Shown piece by piece: positions 55,400-64,000 of a stretch of 64,000 nt of DNA. Numbering within the stretch: the first letter of the stretch is position 1; each line of letters begins with the position of its first letter. The translations under genes and the position numbers were made by a program. The notes below the pieces were generated by a model that saw only the letters and a program-made list of their open reading frames with translations, was not told where the DNA came from and did not search any database. Source of the DNA: Eledone cirrhosa (lineage: Eukaryota); the NCBI GenBank assembly GCA_964016885.1, contig OZ024741.1:110422001-110486000 (forward strand). The letters run 5' to 3'.

Positions 55400-55910
55400 G
55401 CAATACATATATCTATACACATCTCTGATGTGTGTGTGTAAAGATATATATATATGTGCAAAATGTGTGTATATATACATAATGTGCAAAGTGTGTGTGT
55501 GTATATATATATAACGTGCAAAATGTGTGTGTGTGTGTATATAGATATGTGTATATATAGATATATGTCTAAAATGTGTTTGTAGATGTATATATGTGTG
55601 TGTGTGTATATATATAAATGTATATATGTGTGTGTATAGATAAATATATGTGCAAAATGTGTGTGTGTATATAGAGATATATATATATGTGCAAAATGTT
55701 AATATATACTTAAATATATCTGCAAAATGTGGTGTATGTACAGTATAAATATATATGTACAAAATATGTATATGTATGCTTAGATGTGCCAAGTGTGTGT
55801 GTGTGTTTGTATGTCATATTTGAATAATTTTAGTGACATTCCATCCTGGCATGGCTTGGACTATATAGCTAGGTAGAAAGATGTGTATAGATAGATATAT
55901 GTATTGTGTG
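54690..55910. repeat. ~570-bp tandem duplication built on a tgcaaaatgtgtgtata minisatellite
   Basis: 55140-55330 recurs at 55710-55900. Confidence 0.85.
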
Positions 55911-55964
55911 TGTATGTATATATATATACACACAATACATATATGTATCTATACACATCTCTTA

Positions 55965-56006
<42 letters not shown>

Positions 56007-56038
56007 CACAATACATATATGTATCTATACACATCTCT

Positions 56039-56148
<110 letters not shown>

Positions 56149-56164
56149 TTTGGGTTACCAAATT

Positions 56165-56660
56165 AGCAGCGGGGTGGGTGTTCCAAAAGTACAGTAGCCA
56201 GGGTGAGAACGGGATGGAAGAAGTTCAGGGAGCTACTATCACTGCTAGCTACAAAAGGCTTTTCCCTCAAAATGAAAGGCTAACTGTATGATGCATGCAT
56301 ACAAACTGCAATGTTGCATGGTAGTGAGACATCGGCGCTGTGTGCAGAGGACTTGCAAAGATTGGAAAGAACTGAAGCTTGCATGCTTCAATGGATATGT
56401 AGTAGTAATATACATGAACAGCAAAACATAAACAAACTGAGAGATACTAGGCATAAGAGGAATCAGATGCAATGTGCAGGAGAAGAGACTGTGTTGGTAT
56501 GGACATGTGATGCCTATAAAAAAGGTGCTCAGAGTTGATGGAAGCCATGGAGTGGTAAGACCCAGAAAGACTTGGTAGGAGTTGATAAAGCTAACCTTGC
56601 ACAATTGCGGTGATGACACAGGACCAAGATCTCTGGCCTATGCAGTAATATAGAAGACCT
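56165..56660 (+). mobile_element. Decayed RTE 3' fragment
   Basis: MLHGSETSALCAEDLQRLERTEACMLQWIC; same family as 12918-13425. Confidence 0.8.
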
Positions 56661-56894
56661 GCCTCCCCATGAGCACAGGCTGAAGCACACATACAGTATG
56701 CACCATCTTCACCTCCACTGCACCCCCATCTATACACCTCCCACAAGCGCAGGTTGAAGCATACATCTAGTGTGCACCACCATCACTTCCACCCCCTTCC
56801 ATTTATCTCCCACCTGCTAACACTCCACTCCTCAAACCCATGCCAAAATACCCTCTTCCTCAATCTCCATACACCTCTCCCACCAAATTCCCCA

Positions 56895-58126
56895 GCCCAC
56901 ACAGTAAAGTGGTCATGGTGGCGACATGACAAAAGCACCCAGCCCACACTGTAAAGTGGTCATGTAGGTGTCATGACAAAGAGCACCCAGCACACACTGT
57001 AAATGTGGTTGGCGTTAGGAAAGTCATCCAGCTGTAGAAACCAAACCAAAAGCAGTTCTGTATTATGCAAGGCATGTTCTCCTGACCTGGCATTTCTCAC
57101 AACAGGACAACTCGTCTCGCCCATATTTGCGTGAAAAAATGGACATTAAACAGTGATGGTGAGGATGATTATATATATAAGGCAACTATATGGATATATA
57201 CACATACATACAAATATATATATATATATACACACATCAATACAGTTATGTAAAGAGAATTAAAAGTACCTATCAATAATATATTTAAGCTCAATGTTTT
57301 TTTGTTATAGAAATTTCCATTGTGTCTATCTATATATAGATATGTATGTGAAATGTGGATACATATGTAGATATATGTGCAGTTTTTATATTTGTATGTA
57401 CATGACGTGTTTATAATGTGGTTGGTGTTAGGAAGAGCATCCAGCTGTAAAAACCCTGGCCAAATTTGCAGTCCCGTTAGAGCAAGGTATGGCATGGCCA
57501 ATCCTGGCCAGACTTGTCTCTCACAAGAATGACCCATCTGATCCATGCAAGCATGGAAAAATGGATATTAAACGGTGATGATGTTGACGATAATATATGT
57601 AAAATGTGTGTGTCTCTATAAATCTAAAATATTTGGGTATCCAATTGATATCAATGCAATGTGTTTTGTGTGTATATATACAAATTTGTGCAATGTTTCT
57701 GTGTAAATATTCATGCAATATGTGTGTGTGTATCTGTGTAGATATAGCTGCAGTGTGTGTATATATGCTGTATTTGTGTATATGTAGATATGTGCACAAT
57801 GTGTATATGTATATAGGTATATGTACAATATATATAAAGCAATATGGAAGGATATTTTGTCATAAAGCACTGCATTAAAAAGTCTTATTCAGCAAATGGC
57901 AGCACGAAACAGCAGATATTAAAATAATTGTTTCTACTTTAGGCACAAGCCCAGCAAATACCCAGTGCATTACTGGTACTTTATTTTATCAACCCCGTAA
58001 GGATGAAAGGCAAAGTCAACCTCGGCGGGATTTGAACTCAGATCGTAAAGGACGTAACTATGCTGGAATGCATGCCGTCCGACCCTCTACCGATACTGCC
58101 AATCCAAAAATAATGATGATGATAAT

Positions 58127-58170
<44 letters not shown>

Positions 58171-58455
58171 GTCCCATAACTTCTGATAAGGTCGTAGGGG
58201 TGTTGTATGTCAATACAGCGTTTCTCCGGCATTTTAAGCCTGGCGTAGCCCATCCCTCTCCAGGCCTGAGTACAGCAGATTTCTTCCAGAGAGAGGAAGA
58301 ATCGATCCCAGTACTAGACTGGTACTTTTTTTTATCAACCTAGAAAGGATGAAAGGCATAGTTGATCTTGGTGGGATTTGAGAGCAGAAAGCCAGAACGA
58401 ATAAAGCATTTTATCTGACGTTCTAACAACTTTGCCAATTTGCCTTATATATATA

Positions 58456-58486
<31 letters not shown>

Positions 58487-59025
58487 TCATATCTTTCTAT
58501 ATATATTCATTTTATTAAGGCTAAATAATGAGTCTTGTTACTGTGGAGTTCACAGGGTGATGTGAGAAGCAGGTGAAACTCCAGAATAACTATACCCACT
58601 ATTTAGCCTTATTAAAATTATTATTTAAACATTACGTTGGTATTGAGGACTCTTTTCTCCTGTGTATGGGCTTGCAATCGAAAGGTTGTGAGTTCAATTC
58701 TCGGACCGGGTGATGTGTTGTTTGCTTGAGCAAGACACTTTATTTCACATTGCTCCAGTTTACTCAGCTGTAGAAATGAGATGATAGGACTGGGGTCCAT
58801 ATCATTCCACTGCAAAGTGGTCGTGGAGGTGCCACGGCAAAAAAGCACCCAGCCCACACTGTAAATGAGGTTGGTGTTAAGAAGGGCATCCAGCTGTAGA
58901 AATCAAGCTAGAATCAGTTCCCGTATGAGCAAGACAAGGTCAGCCGACCGGACATTGTCCACAACAGGACAACCCGTCTAACCCATGCTAGCGTGGAAGA
59001 ACAGACGTAAAACGGTGATGATGAT
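56895..59025. mobile_element. SINE cluster: family C (ggttggYgttaggaagggcatccagctgtagaaa + RTE-like (TGA)n tail) at ~56895-57170, 57415-57590, 58665-59025; family A at 57925-58105 and 58300-58445 (minus)
   Basis: Repeated diagnostic motifs. Confidence 0.75.
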
Positions 59026-59542
59026 TATGTATATATATAATCATATTCATAATCGTTCTCCGTCCACTTGCGCTGCTAGCAAAAGTTGAACAGGTCATCA
59101 ACACATCAGACAGACAAGTACTCAAAGTGGATATACTGACCCTATTGTGGAGTGGGGGCCTGCATCTTGCTTATGTTCCTGCACCCTTCTATGTGCTCAG
59201 ACACACCAGTGGACCGTGAGTCACTTACTTAAAATCCTGCACACTACTGGGTGCATTTTATTGTGACACCGGCACTAGTGATGTTGTTATGTCTTTGACA
59301 GCTGGAAAGTCTTGACTTTTAAGCTGAGGATAGAATTGGGGCATGATGACAGCTCCTGTTTCAACAGCAAATTTGCTGTCAGGCCCTGACTCTCTACTAT
59401 CCCAAATATCGAGTACTCTGCTGAATAATGGTCTCACTAGTTTAAAACTGGTATAATCCTGATCTCTCCCCTCTCTCTTTATGTATACATACATACATGT
59501 CTTCAGCTGTATCATGCACATTGTTTGCTTTTCCCAAATATA

Positions 59543-59581
<39 letters not shown>

Positions 59582-59989
59582 GTAAACCGAAGTCAATGAG
59601 ATGAAAGTGTAGAGTCTTGTATTGGTATAATGTGACAAAATCAAATGGAAACCAGGATAAAAAGGAAAAACCAAATATTTAAAAACAAATGGGAAAATGG
59701 GACAAAACAGAAACAGAGAAAGAGTAAATTCAGGAAAAATGGGAGACTACACAAACAGACAAAAAAATAAACAAAAAATCTGGGAAACTGGACAAAACAA
59801 TAGAGCCTTCTGATCATCAGTTGACCCCTCTGGACCCATGGTTTTTTATATATATATAGTGAGAGAGAGCTAAGAGACGGGCTTGGAAAAACTAGAAGAA
59901 AGCAGGGGGTAGCAAAAAACAATAACCAAGTAGCCAGAAGAGAAACTATTAGTTAAGCAAAAGTTAAAGGCTTGTAAATATTCTGTAAT

Positions 59990-61900
59990 ATGTGGGTCAT
60001 AGGTGTGAGGGATTCTGGATTGCAAGACAATGTACGAAAGAAAATTGAGACATTGTTAATGAGAATTGTATATGGAATGATAACAGTATATTTTCCCTTA
60101 TCAATGCTGAAAAGAAAGAGGCATGGAGGTGCTATTATGAAATATTGTTGTGACAGCCCCTCTATGATCAAATGTATCTACCCCACCCTGTAAAGTAGGT
60201 GTTTGTGCCAATATAAAGCGCACTCAGTGCACCCTGTAAAGTGGTAATGCTGGTTCCACAATAAAATGCACTCAGTCCACCATGTAAAATGGTAGTGCTG
60301 GTTTGACGATAAAATGCACCTAGTCCAACCCATAAAGTGATTGTGCTGGTGCCATGATAAAACTTACCCAGTCCACCCTGTAATGTGGTTGTGCTGGTGT
60401 CATGATAAAAAAACGCACCCAGTCTACCTTGTAATGGGGTAGGTATTAGCAAGATGTGGTCACCGCACCAGTCTAGCCTCAACCCATCCAATATATGCCA
60501 ACATGGAAAGCAGACATAAAAACAATAAAGATGAGTTGAATGTGGAGAATGCATGAAAAGAGAGAGCCTACTGTGAAAAGGCCAGCTATTCAAGTTGATT
60601 GTGAAAATAAAGATATGAATGCAAGGGAATGCAGTGAGGTTGTGAGGTATAATCAGCAAGGCAAGAGTTAGAAATGTGCAGAGTGGTTAATAGCCCCTTT
60701 CTTTTCATCATTGTCCTCCGGGCCATAGCAGAGAAGTTTAAAACTGACTGTTCATGTGAACTCCTAGATGTTGTTGGCCTAGTTCTCATAGCTGAATTGG
60801 AGTATATTTGAAAAAGAAACTTCAGACATGGAATCACAAGGCCTCAAATTAGACAAAATTTGAGCAAGTAGGAAAGAAAACAAAACCCTGCTACCATCAG
60901 GGAAATGGGCTTGCTTGATATGCAGCAAAAGAATAGGTAAAAATCCCATACAATATACTCAGTGTAAACTATAGACACAGAAAAAGTGTAGTAGAATTAC
61001 TTTATATGCAGAAGATACATGGGAGATATCAGTATGGAGAGCACATGAGAAATAAGTTCTTTCAAATGCTTGGATGGTTACTTAGAAGTAGTCAGTAGCT
61101 TTTGTTACCAATGTGACCCAATTAGCATTGGAAGTGAATGTTCTGATATCAAGATAGCCACAGCTAGAACAGATTGAAAATGTCTGAGAAGATATTATTA
61201 CTTCTGCTTTTAACAAAATACTATTACCTCTGCTTGCAACAAAAGGTTTCTCTTGGAGTGAAGGGCAGATTAAATGATACTTATTTGAAGTGCAATGCTA
61301 CATCATAGTAAAACATGGGTGCAAAACCTAGAAGGAAACGATTCAAGCATGCTCTCCTGCATGTGTAATGCTAGTGTACATGAATTATGTAGAACAAATG
61401 ATCTAATAGAAAAATTATTAAGGAAGAGATTGAGAGGACTTTTCAGTTGCATCAAAGAGATGACAATCTCCCCAGTCTTGGTATCATGATAAAATGTACC
61501 TGGTACATTCTGCAAAGAGTAGGAATGTAAGTAAGCAAGATGTGGCCCAACAGCCAGTCTGATGGTTCTGGGGCTCCAACTAAGTGCTGACTGGTCTATG
61601 ACGACCCGTTCAAGACTTGCTGGCAGGGAAAACGGACATTTAATGATAGTGTTGATGATAAGTCAGTTGTAATGTGTAAAAAAAGAAGACTGTTGGTATG
61701 GCTTGTGATATGTTTGGAGGATGACATGGGACAAAGTGGTGAAGACTAATATCAGGATACTGTACCTCAATGATAACAAAGATCTTGGTGATACACATTG
61801 CCGGTGATTAGTGACACACAGTGCTGGGTCTTGGTGATTGGTGACACACTGTGCCAGATTTTGGTGATTGGTGATACAGTGCTAGAGAAGACTCAGCATA
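59990..61900 (+). mobile_element. Highly decayed RTE LINE interrupted by family-C SINEs
   Basis: RIARQC..EKKEAWRCYYEILL; MLHHSKTW..SMLSCMCNAS. Confidence 0.6.
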
Positions 61901-62019
61901 CCAGTGCAAGTCTATCAAAAGATCCTCTAAAACAGTGGTAGTTATGGAGGCTGGGAGTTATTTGGGTCTCTTTCCCAATATGTCTCTCAGAAATTTCCAT
62001 TTGCTGCCAGCCTCCCCAT

Positions 62020-63382
62020 CTGCACCCGACTTGGGTTCCTAAAGGCACTTGTGATCCTGGCCTTCAGATCGTCTTTCGTATTGCAGCTAGATCTGTTGAT
62101 GTCTCGTTCCACTACACCCCACACAAAGAAGTCGAGGCGGTTGCAGTCAGGCGAGCTGGGAGGCCAGATGTCAGGGGAAGTGTGGTTGACGAACTTCTCT
62201 GACAGCCAGGCTTGAGTCTTTCGGCTGGTATGGCAGGGCGCTGAGTTTTGCTGCCACACGTATGGCCTACCTGCAGCTACCTGGTCGATCCAGGGCTTTA
62301 CTACCTCGCTCAGAACACGGCTGTAGCCATCGGTGTTCAGCTTGAGGCCCTCAGGGAAGAAGTGAGGTGGCATGACGACACCTAAGACCAATGTTGTCGC
62401 TGGAAACTTTGTCTGCATGACTCTGGGCACGTCTTTGGATGAGACAGCGAGCCACCTGTTGTCTGGGAGTTGATCTTCTGGTCTTGGCAGAAGTTTTTCT
62501 CGTTGGAGAAAAACCACAGCATGTCTGGCTCCAGTGGGTGTTTCAACTTGTTGATCAGTTTCTTTGCATGCTTCAGTCGCTTTTCTTACATCGCCTTTGA
62601 CAGAAATTGTCCTTTCCTCATCTTGTATGAAACGTAGCAAATGTCTTCATGTACCACCAGCCTAATGAGCTTTTCATCCACGCCTTTCTCCCTTGCAATG
62701 GCATGCATCGACTTGCTAGGTTCATTGTTGATGATATCCTGAACTTCAGCGATGAACTCGGGCGTTCTGAAGGCATCAGATCGTCGATCATGTGTTTTCC
62801 TCTCTGATGTTGCTTTGTAGTCGAATCCTGAATCTTCCAATTCCTTTCTGACCTTTTCCACCATTCTCCTGCTGACGCTGAGAAAGTCTGAAATTTCCTT
62901 ATTTGTCCTCCCGGCACGGATTCCAAGAAGAACTCCGTGTCTCTTTCACAAATTTGGAGGTTCAAAATTATTCTGAAAATAAATAATGGAAATATAGTCA
63001 CTGTTTTTATGAAGACAAGTGACAACGGAAGTAAAAAAAATTTGCATAAAATTAGCAGTTGAGAATTGCAAACAAATATCGTCCATCATCATCATCATCA
63101 TCGTTTAACGTCCATCTTCCACGCTTGCATGGGTTTGGACGGGAATTTTCCCACTTGAGGCAAGATTGGTTGTCTTGCTCGTATAGGAGTATCTGGCAGG
63201 TTTTCTACGGCTGCATGCCCTTCCTAACACCAACCACGTTTACAGTGTGGACTGGGAGGTTTTTACCGTGTTACCTACACAGCCACATTACAGCATGGAC
63301 TGTGTTTTTTTTGTCGTGACACCTACACGACCTTATTTATTTCGGACTGGATGTTGTGGTACCAACATAACTTTACACCCTG
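62020..63382 (-). mobile_element. DD37D (maT) transposon, frameshifted, TIR split by a SINE
   Basis: WQQN-x37-D (WPPSSPDCNRLDFFVW), HTH region in 62586-62864; TIR halves aaatatcgtcc (63074-63084) and caccctg|TA (63376-63384). Confidence 0.85.
63085..63350 (-). mobile_element. SINE family C with (TGA)n tail
   Basis: Reverse complement of ggttggtgttaggaagggcatgcagccgtagaaaa..ggacgttaaacgatgatg. Confidence 0.8.
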
Positions 63383-63538
63383 TATATTGTTCGCTTTTTA
63401 CGCGAAGATGCATTCATGAGCACGACGTGTGGAGCAAATTCACGTAATTTAAGTCTAATTTCCCATAAATAAAAAAAATTTTAAATGACATGCGTAAGAG
63501 TGCATTATTCACGCAAAGTTCACGTAAAAAGCGAACAG

Positions 63539-63575
<37 letters not shown>

Positions 63576-63674
63576 TATTCACCACATCTAAAGTTCATAC
63601 CAAGGCTATAAAAATGTTTATTTACATGAACCATTCATATATGATTCAATATATAACCCCAGTCATACACACAC

Positions 63675-63722
<48 letters not shown>

Positions 63723-64000
63723 GCGAGATATACCTACCTACAGCTATGCCCAGATGCTATATATAAATGTTTGGCCACTAACTCTTACCAATTATTTCCA
63801 CCCAGAAACTGTCTCTGTGTATATACTGGTCACTTGGTCATTTCTTTGTCAGTGAGGTCATCCTTTTAATAATGGTTTCTTATTTTTAGATGTTTACTGT
63901 TGATGAAACCATTCTTCTATGTTCATTGTAATATATATATATATATAGCTGCATATCGGGAAGTGATTACAGTTAAAAAACATACTCAATACGTTAGTAA

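Overview
AT-rich, microsatellite-dense animal DNA. The SINE families and repeat content fit a coleoid cephalopod, probably Octopus (inferred from recalled repeat consensus, not verified). No host protein-coding gene can be confidently called, and most six-frame ORFs are translations of (TA)n/(CA)n/(TACA)n arrays. The window is a transposon mosaic. It contains one apparently intact RTE-clade LINE (1181-aa ORF: AP endonuclease, RT, three C-terminal C2H2 fingers), a short 5'UTR+3'end non-autonomous derivative of that lineage and several decayed RTE copies. It also holds a frameshifted Penelope-like element (PLE; RT + GIY-YIG), CRE-type RLE fragments, three Helitrons, DD37D(maT)/mariner elements, MITEs and many SINEs. 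The main hidden signal is a dense set of type I hammerhead ribozyme (HHR) motifs, about 15 full or damaged copies from about 9 unrelated sequence families. Most lie in fold-back elements inserted in (TA)n tracts. They include variants with U-U or C-A at the base of stem II, a U3-A8 compensatory core, and a large branched stem II. One is a ~430-bp circularly permuted unit resembling a retrozyme/circRNA. All RNA structures were folded by eye, and none has been tested.
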